Assembly (NCBI GenBank): GCA_963714085.1
Contig: OY970229.1
Span: 64,001 to 128,000 of the forward strand
DNA from: an uncultured Candidatus Micrarchaeota archaeon
GTDB taxonomy: Archaea > Micrarchaeota > Micrarchaeia > Anstonellales > Bilamarchaeaceae
Reading direction: 5' to 3'
DNA: 64,000 nt
A program made the translations under genes and the position numbers. Each line of letters opens with the position of its first letter. Within the stretch, counting starts at the first letter, position 1. The notes under the pieces were generated by a model. The model did not search any database. It was not told the origin of the DNA and saw only the letters and a list, made by a program, of their open reading frames with translations. Shown in pieces: positions 1-8,841 of the stretch.

Positions 1-42
1 TGAGCTTACTTATCAGGCATGGTTTAAAAAGTTTGGCAGGCG

Positions 43-441
43 TCAAAACGCGGGGCGGATAATCCAGTTTACTTTGCCGGGAAGCATTTTCCTGAAACCG
101 CTGCGGACCGGGTTCACCTGGGGAAAATTGATCCAGGGGTCCATCCAGGCGCCATCGCTTCGCGCGAGGAAATGCCCGATGGGGTATCTGGCGGACTTGC
201 GGATGAAGACTATGCTTCCCGGAAGGCGGATCGCATCTCGTCCCGCTTTCACGTAAGAATAAGCATAATGCCTGCCCGCTTTCCCGAGCGCTTTCACGAC
301 CTCCCTGCAATGGTAACCCCTGGTTCCGGCATGTTCCGGATTATCGAAGAGCGCGATGGCCTTCTTATAACTGATCCCGAGCACCGCCGCGACGCAGGCT
401 ACTGCGCAACCGGAAGCATGCTCCTGGGTGACGGCCTTCAT
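43..441 (-). CDS. Peptidase C39-like (papain-fold) cysteine protease, stand-alone
   Basis: QEHASGCAVAC (Q..C), GHF and MDPW give a Q-C-H-D catalytic set. Start moved to the ATG at 441 (MKAVTQE), below a TTTTTTAAA box. Confidence 0.7.
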   Translation of the reverse strand: MKAVTQEHASGCAVACVAAVLGISYKKAIALFDNPEHAGTRGYHCREVVKALGKAGRHYAYSYVKAGRDAIRLPGSIVFIRKSARYPIGHFLARSDGAWMDPWINFPQVNPVRSGFRKMLPGKVNWIIRPAF

Positions 442-480
442 GGTGGGAATTCTGCTTGTGAGATTTAAAAAAGCGCCGCT

Positions 481-620
481 GATTCCAGGGAACCCAACCC
501 TTAAAATACATCCGCCATAACATACGTGCCATGTCACTCAACACTACAAGGTTCAGCAGGACGTGCAGGACGGCGATTGCGAGTGTTTCGATCCTGGTCG
601 CTTTGTCAGGATGCCATCCG
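481..620 (+). repeat. Duplicated promoter + signal-peptide segment, copy 1 (copy 2 at ~1033-1173)
   Basis: cttaaaatacatccgccataacatacgtgccATGtcactcaacac vs cttaaaatacatcctccgcaacatacgtgccATGtcatccaacac. TTAAAATA begins 30 nt before each ATG. Confidence 0.85.
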
Positions 621-941
621 AAAACAGACAAGCTGAGTCCGGCTATGGAAAAAGCCGTCATCCTGGGGGATGTGGAGAAAGTCGGATCGCTGATCTCATG
701 TTGCGTGGACGTGAATGCGAAGGACAAAAACGGCAAGACCGCGCTCATGGATGCTGCAATTATGGGGCAGACAGAAGTAGTCAGGCTGCTGCTGGGTAAG
801 GGCGCTGATGCGAATGCGAAGGACAAAAACGGCTTGACCGCGCTCGATATCGCCATACATAGCATAACCCCGCTCGATATCGCCATAGGACATGATCAAA
901 CAGAAACCATCGACCTTCTGCGCGCAGCAATGGCCAAGTGA
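531..941 (+). CDS. Ankyrin-repeat lipoprotein
   Basis: Signal peptide ending LSGC. Repeats DVNAKDKNGKTALMDAA...LLGKGADANAKDKNGLTALDIA. Confidence 0.9.
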   Translation: MSLNTTRFSRTCRTAIASVSILVALSGCHPKTDKLSPAMEKAVILGDVEKVGSLISCCVDVNAKDKNGKTALMDAAIMGQTEVVRLLLGKGADANAKDKNGLTALDIAIHSITPLDIAIGHDQTETIDLLRAAMAK

Positions 942-1083
942 ACCCTTATTGCCCTTCGGACTCGTTAAAGGCCTGCTATTCCAGAAGCCTCGCGCCGTCG
1001 CACTTAGGCACCGGCAATCCTGGCTCCACACGGAATCGCAAGGGACACAACTCTTAAAATACATCCTCCGCAACATACGTGCC

Positions 1084-1884
1084 ATGTCATCCAACACCAG
1101 GACTTTCAATAGGACGTGGAATGCTGCTCTTGTCGGCGTTTCCCTCTCGCTCATGGTCGCGGGCTACCATCCGTTGGCGGAGGCCAGGCAGCCGGACGCG
1201 CAGAAGCAGGCTGCTCCAAGCATCACACAAGGGAAGTTTCGAAAGATAGCCCAGCTGGCAGCGGCGATCCAATCAGGCAACGTGGAAGCTGTCAGGTCGC
1301 TCATCACCGCGGACAGGTCGCTCGTTAACCAGGCCATGGACCCGGTGCTCAGGATCCCGAAGGAGAGGGCTCACGTGACTCCGCTGATGTTCGCGTCGGT
1401 GCAGATAAAAAGCTCGAGCATAGCGGCGGATGCCATGTTGGCTATGACCGGGACCATGAAGGCGAGCGACGTGATTCCGGTCGATGTGGTCGATGCCAAC
1501 ATGGCGATCGGAGAGCTGCTGATCGAACGCGGGGCGAAGGTGGATGCGAGGGATGCGTCCGGAATGTCGGTGCTGGCGATCGCGGTCATGAAGAGGGAGG
1601 AGATGTTCGCAGGGTTGCTGCTCAAGCACGATGCGAAAGTGAACCTACGGGACAATGAGGGCAAGACGCCGCTCACATACGCGGTCAATAACAATGACAT
1701 GGGTTGTGTGGGGCTGTTGCTCAAGCACGGAGCGGACCAGAATCTGAAAGATAATTTGGGCAAGAGCCCACGGGACTATGCTGTCGAGGGAAAATATTAT
1801 TTCATACAGGTACAGCTCGGCATCCCGGACGGGAAACCGAAGCCGGCATACAGGAAGAAGCCGCAACCGGCTGCAGAGCAGTGA
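1084..1884 (+). CDS. Secreted ankyrin-repeat protein
   Basis: TPLMFA, LIERGAKVDARD, NLRDNEGKTPLTYA, LLKHGADQNLKDNLGKSP. Start at ATG 1084 by homology with the upstream paralog. Confidence 0.9.
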   Translation: MSSNTRTFNRTWNAALVGVSLSLMVAGYHPLAEARQPDAQKQAAPSITQGKFRKIAQLAAAIQSGNVEAVRSLITADRSLVNQAMDPVLRIPKERAHVTPLMFASVQIKSSSIAADAMLAMTGTMKASDVIPVDVVDANMAIGELLIERGAKVDARDASGMSVLAIAVMKREEMFAGLLLKHDAKVNLRDNEGKTPLTYAVNNNDMGCVGLLLKHGADQNLKDNLGKSPRDYAVEGKYYFIQVQLGIPDGKPKPAYRKKPQPAAEQ

Positions 1885-1944
1885 GGCCGCTCACGCCTTC
1901 CTCTTCGCCAGATGCACGGACTTTCCGAGCATGAGGTGAAAATC

Positions 1945-2343
1945 TCACGATTTCAATACGTCCTTCACCATCGCGATGAAATCCCCTGTCCGCTCCGTGT
2001 ATCTCCGGGCGTCTTCATGTGAGAACGAGCTTTTCCCATAATCGGCCCCGCTCTTGTCCCTCATCGCATCCGCTATCAGATCCCTGAATCCCACGGCCTG
2101 CTCCGGGAGCTTGCCCTCCCTCGCGATCTTCATGAAAACGATGGCAGCGTCGTCATGGCGGGTCGACTTGTACCCGAGGAATTTCAGGGAAAGCGCGTCA
2201 TTGGCGCGTATTACCGCGTGGATCGCCTGGGCGCAACAGACATTGGAACGTGCTTCATCCCCTTCTGCATCGATCAGGCTTTGCCTGGCGGAGACCAGCC
2301 AGCTCTCGGCCTCGTCCAATGCTCTTGCGGGTGTATCCGTCAT
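1945..2343 (-). CDS. HEPN domain protein (HEPN/MNT pair)
   Basis: 132-aa helical protein with AESWL..A, AIHA..A.DAL, STRH and RDKSGADY. 4-nt overlap with the upstream MNT gene. Confidence 0.8.
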   Translation of the reverse strand: MTDTPARALDEAESWLVSARQSLIDAEGDEARSNVCCAQAIHAVIRANDALSLKFLGYKSTRHDDAAIVFMKIAREGKLPEQAVGFRDLIADAMRDKSGADYGKSSFSHEDARRYTERTGDFIAMVKDVLKS

Positions 2344-2873
2344 TTCAACCGCTCTCCCTTCTTGTCGGCCATGAACGCTTCAAGCCCCTTCCTGTCATGG
2401 AATGCGATCGGAACCACCTTCGTCCCGAATTTCTCGTAGACTTCGAACACCATGCTGTTCGCATCATAGCCCTTTTCCACAAGCAGCGCGATGTCGATGT
2501 CGCTCGCCAGCTTCTCGTCCCCCTTCGCCACGCTCCCGAACAGATAGGCTTCTTTCACTCCTCTCTCTTTTGCAAGCAGGTCCTTGATGGCGCGGGCGGT
2601 GAATGCCTGGGGGCTCATGCTTATCCTCAGGAGGGACAGCATCGAATCCAGGTATTCGGACCTGTGGAGCTTCACCGTCACGCTCCTTCCGACTTTCCCC
2701 GTCTCTATCATGCCGGCAGGCTCCCATCTCTTTACCAGCCGCCATGCCGAGGCGAAAGGCACGCCGGCCACCTTCGCAAGCTCGTTTATCGTGAACTGCC
2801 GGCTGGGGTATTTCACCAGCGTTTCCAGAAGCTTCCTGGAACCCTTGTATTTGATCAGCTCTAGTGCCTCCAT
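2340..2873 (-). CDS. HTH-fused minimal nucleotidyltransferase (MNT antitoxin-like)
   Basis: N-terminal wHTH (FTINELAKVAGVPFASAWR) and LFGSVAKGDEKLASDIDI (GSx10DxD). Start at ATG 2873. Confidence 0.85.
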   Translation of the reverse strand: MEALELIKYKGSRKLLETLVKYPSRQFTINELAKVAGVPFASAWRLVKRWEPAGMIETGKVGRSVTVKLHRSEYLDSMLSLLRISMSPQAFTARAIKDLLAKERGVKEAYLFGSVAKGDEKLASDIDIALLVEKGYDANSMVFEVYEKFGTKVVPIAFHDRKGLEAFMADKKGERLK

Positions 2874-3014
2874 CCGATCACATATCCGAAAGTGAATTAT
2901 ATTATCCACAAATGAATAAAAAGGTTTCGGTCGCCAGACCGAACTGCCCTCCAAGGGCGGCTACCTTTAAGCACGTTGACGGCCGAGCGGGATAACCTCC
3001 GGCTCCGTGCGATC

Positions 3015-4436
3015 TCACACCCTCTTCTTCGCCAGGTGAACGGACTTGCCGAGCCCGTTCTCCGCTCCCTCCATCACGCTCTCGGATAGCGTCGGGTGCG
3101 GGTGTATGGTCGATGCGACGTCCTCTAATTGCGCGGCCATCTCCACGGCCAATGAGAGCTCGCTGATGAGCTCCGACGCGTTGGGGGCCGCGATGTGCGC
3201 CCCGAGGACCACGCCGCTTTCAGAATCAGCGACTATTTTGACGAACCCTGAATCGACGCCCATGGTCCTCGCCCTGCCAGAAGCGCTGAGCGGGAACCTT
3301 GCGACCTTGACTTTATAGCCCGCTTTCGCCGCCTCCTCCTCGCCCATGCCTGTGCTGGCAAGCTCCGGGTCGGAGAACACGACCTGGGGAATCGCAGCAT
3401 TGTCAAACGCGCTCTTCATCCCGGCTATAACCTCCGCAGCGACCTTCGCCTCGCGGAACGCCTTGTGCGCGAGCATGGGCGCGCCGGTCACGTCTCCTAC
3501 AGCGAATATGTCCGGGTCCGTGGTCCTTCTCTGGGCGTCCACTTTCACGAATCCCTTATCGTCCAATTGCACGCGCGTCTTCTCCAGCCCGATCTCCTTG
3601 GTATAAGGCACGTGGCCGACCGCAACGAGCATCTTGTCGAATGAAAGATTGACTGCCTTCCCGTCCTTGGAGACGACTTTCGCGACCGCGGTTTTTCCCT
3701 TCTTCTTCCATTCCTTGATCTCGCTCTCCAGATAGAGCGTCACGCCCAGGGATTTGAGCCGCTTCTGCACCTCCATGCCCAGCTCAGGCTCCAGGTGCCG
3801 GAGGATGTTCGTGCCGCGGTAGACGATGGAGACCCTGCTCCCGAGCTTGGCGAAAAGAGTCGCCATCTCGATCCCCACGTATCCAGTGCCAAGAACGATC
3901 AAGTCCTTGGGGATGGATTTGAGGGCGAGCGCGTCGCTCGAATCGATTATGAGTTTGTGGTCGAACTCGAGCCCCTCCAGCGCGCTCGGGACCGAGCCGG
4001 TGGCGATTATCGCGTGCTTGAACTCGTAGTCCGCGGGGCCGTGCTTGGTCTCCACGGTCAATTTAGTCGAGGAGGTGAAGAACGCCCTGCCTTGTATCAC
4101 ATCCACGCCCGCGCTCTTGCACAGGCCCGCTATCCCGTCCCTGAGCCCGAGAACCACGGAGTCCTTCCATTCCTGCATCTTCGGGAAGTCCAGCTTTGTT
4201 TTCGAGGTTATTCCTAAATCCTGCGAGTGCGACGCATCGTATGCGACGGACGCAGCGTGTATGAGCGCCTTTGACGGTATGCAGCCCTCGTTCGTGCACA
4301 CCCCGCCCAGCTCGTTCTTGGATACCAGCACGGTCTCAAGGCCCAGCTGGGCGCACCTGAGCGCCGCCACGTAGCCGCCCGGCCCCGCGCCTATCACCGC
4401 GACGTCGCAGTTCGTCGTGAGCTCTCCTACGACCAT
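3015..4436 (-). CDS. lpdA: Dihydrolipoamide dehydrogenase (E3)
   Basis: GAGPGG, GGVCTNEGCIPSK redox disulfide, IHPHPTLSE. Confidence 0.97.
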   Translation of the reverse strand: MVVGELTTNCDVAVIGAGPGGYVAALRCAQLGLETVLVSKNELGGVCTNEGCIPSKALIHAASVAYDASHSQDLGITSKTKLDFPKMQEWKDSVVLGLRDGIAGLCKSAGVDVIQGRAFFTSSTKLTVETKHGPADYEFKHAIIATGSVPSALEGLEFDHKLIIDSSDALALKSIPKDLIVLGTGYVGIEMATLFAKLGSRVSIVYRGTNILRHLEPELGMEVQKRLKSLGVTLYLESEIKEWKKKGKTAVAKVVSKDGKAVNLSFDKMLVAVGHVPYTKEIGLEKTRVQLDDKGFVKVDAQRRTTDPDIFAVGDVTGAPMLAHKAFREAKVAAEVIAGMKSAFDNAAIPQVVFSDPELASTGMGEEEAAKAGYKVKVARFPLSASGRARTMGVDSGFVKIVADSESGVVLGAHIAAPNASELISELSLAVEMAAQLEDVASTIHPHPTLSESVMEGAENGLGKSVHLAKKRV

Positions 4437-4438
4437 GC

Positions 4439-5656
4439 TCAGATCATCTCCACCAGAAGCAGGTCCGGGTCTTCCAGGTGCTTTATTATCTCGTTCATGA
4501 ACTGCGTGGCCTCCGCCCCGTCCGAAACGCGGTGGTCGAATGCCAATGATATGCCCATGACCTTGCCGATCCTTATCTTCCCGTCCACCACTACCGGCAT
4601 GTCCCTTATCCTGTGCACGCCCATTATCGCGACCTGGGGAGGGTAGATTATCGGCACGGAGAATATCGAGCCCACGCTGCCGACGTTCGTTATCGTGAAC
4701 GTGCCGCCCTGCAAATCATCGACCTTTATCTTCCTGCTGCGCGAGAGGTCCGCGAGCTCGGCTATCTCCTTCGCGATCTGGACTATGGACTTCCTGTCCG
4801 CGTCCTTCACCACAGGCGCCATGAGCCCGTCCGGAGTGTCCACGGCTATCGAGATGTTGTACCTCGGCTTCATCACGAGCTCGTTGGTGTCGTTGTCGAA
4901 ATGCGCGTTGAATTTGGGGTACTTCTTGAGCGCGATGACCACGGCCTTGGCTATGAACGGCAGATAGGTGAGATGCACGTCCTTCTCCTTGTCCTTCTCC
5001 CGCTCGCGCACAGCCACGAGCCGCGTGACGTTCACCAGCTCCATGCCGACCGCATGCGGTATGTGCGCCTTGGAATACGACATCCTGTCCGCGATTATCT
5101 TCCTGAGCCCTGAGAGCGGTATTCTCTGGTCCCCTGCCTCCTGGCTAAGCGCGAGCTTATCCTCCTTTATGCCTATCTGCGCGCCCTGGCTGGTGGTCAC
5201 CTTGTGGGACGACGACGAGCGGACGTCCTCCGCGGTTATCCTCCCTCCTGGGCCGCTACCCTGCACCAATTCGAGGTTCACCCCGAGCTCCCTTGCGAGC
5301 GCGCGGGTGGACGGGGAGGCGAGCGCGCGGTTCGATGTCTCGGGCGCAGGGGGCGTTGGCCCCTTTATCGCCTCCACGACCTTGGCAACAGCCTCGTGGA
5401 CCGGCGTGGGATGCTCGCCCGGGGCGCCTATCGTGACCAGGACCTCGCCCACGTTCGCGGTCTCGCCCTCCTTACGGTACAGCTTGAGTATCTTCCCCCC
5501 TGCAGGGGATGGCAGCTCGACCACGGCCTTGTCGGTCTCGATCTCGAGAAGGGCCTGGTCGTTCTTCACGTCGTCGCCCTCCTTCACCAGCCATTTCACT
5601 ATCTTGCCTTCGTGTATGCCTTCTCCGACGTCAGGGAACTTGAAATCGACAGCCAT
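4439..5656 (-). CDS. pdhC: Dihydrolipoamide acyltransferase (E2), single lipoyl domain
   Basis: ETDKA lipoyl site, ASPSTRALARE...GSGPGGRI E3-binding domain, DHRVSDG catalytic motif. Confidence 0.95.
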   Translation of the reverse strand: MAVDFKFPDVGEGIHEGKIVKWLVKEGDDVKNDQALLEIETDKAVVELPSPAGGKILKLYRKEGETANVGEVLVTIGAPGEHPTPVHEAVAKVVEAIKGPTPPAPETSNRALASPSTRALARELGVNLELVQGSGPGGRITAEDVRSSSSHKVTTSQGAQIGIKEDKLALSQEAGDQRIPLSGLRKIIADRMSYSKAHIPHAVGMELVNVTRLVAVREREKDKEKDVHLTYLPFIAKAVVIALKKYPKFNAHFDNDTNELVMKPRYNISIAVDTPDGLMAPVVKDADRKSIVQIAKEIAELADLSRSRKIKVDDLQGGTFTITNVGSVGSIFSVPIIYPPQVAIMGVHRIRDMPVVVDGKIRIGKVMGISLAFDHRVSDGAEATQFMNEIIKHLEDPDLLLVEMI

Positions 5657-5660
5657 CGCA

Positions 5661-6638
5661 TCACTTCTCCGCCATCACTTCTTTGACCGCAGCCTTCACC
5701 CGGTTCTTGTCCGGGAAGAAATAGTCCTCGCTGGAGAGCAGGGGGATTATCGTATCCCAGCCGGTCACCCTCCTAGGCGCGGCCTGCAGATGATAGAACG
5801 CCTTCTCGTTTATCCTCGCGATTATCTCTGATGCGAAGCCCAGGGTCTTCACAGCCTCGTGCACGACCACGGCGCGGCCGGTTTTTTTGACGGACTCGGT
5901 CACGGTCGTCCAGTCGCATGGATTGAGCGTGCGCAGGTCCACGACCTCGGCGTTTATGCCCTCCTGCTCCAGCTCCGCGGCCGCCTCCACGACCATGGGG
6001 GTCTGGGCGCCGTAGGTTATCATGGACAGGTCCTTGCCTTCCTTCGCTATCCTCGCCTTTCCGAGGGGTATCGTGTATCTTTCTTCCGGCACCTCCTCCT
6101 TGTACGCGCGGTAGAGCTTCTTGGGCTCGAGGAAGATCACCGGGTCCTTTCCCTCGAGCGCGGATGCGAGCAGCCCCTTCGCCTCATAAGGCGTCGAAGG
6201 TGCGACCACGACTATGCCCGGCAGGTGGATGTAGAGGCTCTCCACCGACTCGCTATGGTGCTCCAGCGCCTTTATCCCGCCGCCGTACGGGATGCGCAGC
6301 ACCAATGGCAGCGTGAACCTCCCCTTTGTCCGGTTGCGCATCCTCGCCATGTGGCAGAGGACCTGGTGATAGGCCATGAGGCTGAAGCCGTCGAACTGTA
6401 TCTCGGGGACCGGGCGCAGCCCCATGGCGGCCATGCCTATGGATGTGCCGACTATGGCGGACTCCGCCAAGGGAGTGTCCATCACGCGCTCCTTGCCGTA
6501 TTTGGCGTAGAGCCCTTCCGTGACCCTGAACACCCCTCCGTCCCTGCCCACGTCCTCGCCGAGAAGCAGGATGTTCCTGTCCCGCGCGAGCTCCTGATCG
6601 AGGCAGGCGTTGATGGCCTGCGCCATGGTCATCTTCAT
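5661..6638 (-). CDS. pdhB: 2-oxoacid (pyruvate-type) dehydrogenase E1 beta
   Basis: GEDVG..GGVFRVTEGL, DTPLAES, EHHSES, DLRTL. Confidence 0.95.
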   Translation of the reverse strand: MKMTMAQAINACLDQELARDRNILLLGEDVGRDGGVFRVTEGLYAKYGKERVMDTPLAESAIVGTSIGMAAMGLRPVPEIQFDGFSLMAYHQVLCHMARMRNRTKGRFTLPLVLRIPYGGGIKALEHHSESVESLYIHLPGIVVVAPSTPYEAKGLLASALEGKDPVIFLEPKKLYRAYKEEVPEERYTIPLGKARIAKEGKDLSMITYGAQTPMVVEAAAELEQEGINAEVVDLRTLNPCDWTTVTESVKKTGRAVVVHEAVKTLGFASEIIARINEKAFYHLQAAPRRVTGWDTIIPLLSSEDYFFPDKNRVKAAVKEVMAEK

Positions 6639-7714
6639 TGCTTACCACCGCCGTAGAAACGCTCCATCTCAGCAGTCTGCTCCTTGAGGTTGTCCGTGCC
6701 CATGGACCAGACGTACTTGAACATGTCGTGGGGGTCGCCCTTGTAAGCCTCCATCTTCGCGACCGCGTCGTCGATGTCCTTTGCCATGCGTGCGAGGAGC
6801 CTTGTCTCGTAGGGCTTTGTCCAGAGCTTCTTCCTCTGGAGGTACTTCCTGAACCGGTCTATGGGGTCGCGCTTCTTCCATTCGTTGACCTCCTTGTCCG
6901 TCCTGTACTTGGTCGGGTCGTCTGCCGTGGTGTGCATGGACATGCGGTAGGTCACTGCCTCTATCACTGTGGGTCCCTTGCCGTTCCTGGCGTTGGTTAT
7001 CGCGTCGCTGACGGCCTTGTACACCGCCAGGGCGTCGTTGCCGTCCACCTGGAGCGACGGGATCCCGTCGCCCAGCCCCTTCTGGGCGAGCGTGGCGGAT
7101 GCGCTCTGGGCGCTCCGTGGCACTGAGATCGCCCACTGGTTATTCACTATCACGAGCACGAGCGGCACCTGCCACACCCCTGCGAAATTCAACGATTCGT
7201 GGAAATCCCCCTGTGACGTCCCTCCGTCCCCTACGAAGGTGAGCATCACCTGCTTCTTCCCCGCCCTTTTGAGCGCGAACGCGATGCCCACAGCGTGCGG
7301 GAGGTGGCTGCCGATGGGTATCGCGAACGGGAACGAGTTCGTGCCTTCGGGTAAGTTCATGCCTTCCTCTATCCCCTTCCAGTACATGAACATCTTCTCC
7401 AGCGGGACGCCCCGCGCGATGTATGCCTGGGTCTCCCTGTACGTCGGAAGCACCCAGTCGTCCTTGCCCAAGGCGAGCGCCGCCGCCGTGCCCACTGCCT
7501 CCTGCCCGAGGATAGGCGCGTACGTGCCCATCCTGCCCTGGCGCTGGAGCTTCACGGACTTGTCGTCGTATGCGCGCGTGAAGAGCATGAGCTCGAACAT
7601 GGCCCGGAGCAGGCTCGGCGCTATCTTCGGCTCGAGCTTCTTGTCGACCTCGCCCTTCTCATTGAGTATCTGAAGGTAATCCACGCTCCCCTCGTAAACA
7701 GTTCTCCTCGCCAT
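6635..7714 (-). CDS. pdhA: 2-oxoacid (pyruvate-type) dehydrogenase E1 alpha
   Basis: LQRQGR, GQEA, GDGGTSQGDFHE...NNQWAIS TPP motif, HTTADDP. Start at ATG 7714. Substrate (pyruvate vs branched-chain) cannot be proven from sequence. Confidence 0.93.
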   Translation of the reverse strand: MARRTVYEGSVDYLQILNEKGEVDKKLEPKIAPSLLRAMFELMLFTRAYDDKSVKLQRQGRMGTYAPILGQEAVGTAAALALGKDDWVLPTYRETQAYIARGVPLEKMFMYWKGIEEGMNLPEGTNSFPFAIPIGSHLPHAVGIAFALKRAGKKQVMLTFVGDGGTSQGDFHESLNFAGVWQVPLVLVIVNNQWAISVPRSAQSASATLAQKGLGDGIPSLQVDGNDALAVYKAVSDAITNARNGKGPTVIEAVTYRMSMHTTADDPTKYRTDKEVNEWKKRDPIDRFRKYLQRKKLWTKPYETRLLARMAKDIDDAVAKMEAYKGDPHDMFKYVWSMGTDNLKEQTAEMERFYGGGKQ

Positions 7715-7734
7715 GCTCCAGAGAAGACAGCGCA

Positions 7735-7742
7735 TTTATAAA
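7735..7742 (-). promoter_or_regulatory. Archaeal TATA box of the pdh operon
   Basis: TTTATAAA on the minus strand, 21-28 nt upstream of the pdhA ATG, consistent with a leaderless transcript. Confidence 0.65.
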
Positions 7743-7854
7743 AAGGTTACGAAGCGGAGGCCCGCCGCGTGCGGACACATGTTCAATTCGTTCCACTGGC
7801 AGCTCGCTGACAGAAGAAAAGGCTGCTGCTTCCACGGAAGGGGGTCTTCCTGCC

Positions 7855-8649
7855 CTATCTTACCAGCGCTCCCCATGCAGCGGATGCGGCTCCCCGCACC
7901 CGTTCCGAGAAGGAGAGCGGTCTGTTGATGATCTCATTGATTTTCGCGACATCCCAGTCTGGGACTTCCGCCACTACGCCCACATCGTAGGACGGCTTGA
8001 ATGTCGCATCCATCCCCGGCGTTGCGGAGTTGAAAACCAGGGGGCCGACGTATGAGGAGCCGGCTAGCATGCAGAGGTATATGGAACCCTGGGTCCCTGC
8101 CGGGACTCGCTCTCCGTAAGGCATGCCTGTTTCGGCGTGCAGCAGGTAATCGCCACTTTCAACCGGGAAATCCTGAAGCAGACTCAAGCTCGGTTCCTTC
8201 AGAAGGATATCTTTTCCATCTTTCTCGATATTCGAGGATGTGATGCCAGAGGCCAGAAGGGCGGAAAGTGGCGGCGCTCCCCGGAATGAGCTTGTTGGCA
8301 AGATGACTCTTCGTCCATCCGCGGAAGAAAAAATTATATGCGTTCCTAGCTCTTTGCCCGGCTTCGCATGGGCAAGGATCGCGTCAACCGGGAAAGCGGG
8401 CAAGACCGACCAGGTCCCTCCTGACCAGGTTCTTATGGGATCAAGCGCGCCGTGCGGCAATGCGGCACGCGCCACTTCTTTGGATATCACTTTGAGGCCG
8501 GTCCCGTGTTTTGCATTCCGCTCTTCCACAACGCGATACGCGCTGAAAAGTTTCGCCGAGCGGTTATTTCCTACGACTACGATGTTCTTTATATCCCCGC
8601 CGACGGGTATTCTCAGGATCTGGGTTCCATGGATCGGTTTCGGATTCAT
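7855..8649 (-). CDS. Hypothetical protein
   Basis: Long ORF with an ATG at 8649 preceded by GGTGG. No motif recognised. Confidence 0.7.
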   Translation of the reverse strand: MNPKPIHGTQILRIPVGGDIKNIVVVGNNRSAKLFSAYRVVEERNAKHGTGLKVISKEVARAALPHGALDPIRTWSGGTWSVLPAFPVDAILAHAKPGKELGTHIIFSSADGRRVILPTSSFRGAPPLSALLASGITSSNIEKDGKDILLKEPSLSLLQDFPVESGDYLLHAETGMPYGERVPAGTQGSIYLCMLAGSSYVGPLVFNSATPGMDATFKPSYDVGVVAEVPDWDVAKINEIINRPLSFSERVRGAASAAWGALVR

Positions 8650-8841
8650 ATTGCCACCTACCGGTATATCATCATGACAAGACCTTAAAAAGCTAGAGTA
8701 TAACACACTTTCCATCCGAAATCATGAACAGCATCGGGAGAGCGGTCCCGTCGCTTGGATTGAAAATCGAAGTGAAACCAGCGGTTAGCGTGGAGTTGTC
8801 CGGCTGTTCGAAATAATCCTATTTAAAACCGTCTGCCCAAC

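Noticed and set aside
8726..8809. tRNA gene
   Set aside because: Cloverleaf-like pairing, but no TTCRA T-loop or D-loop consensus at the proper spacing on either strand.
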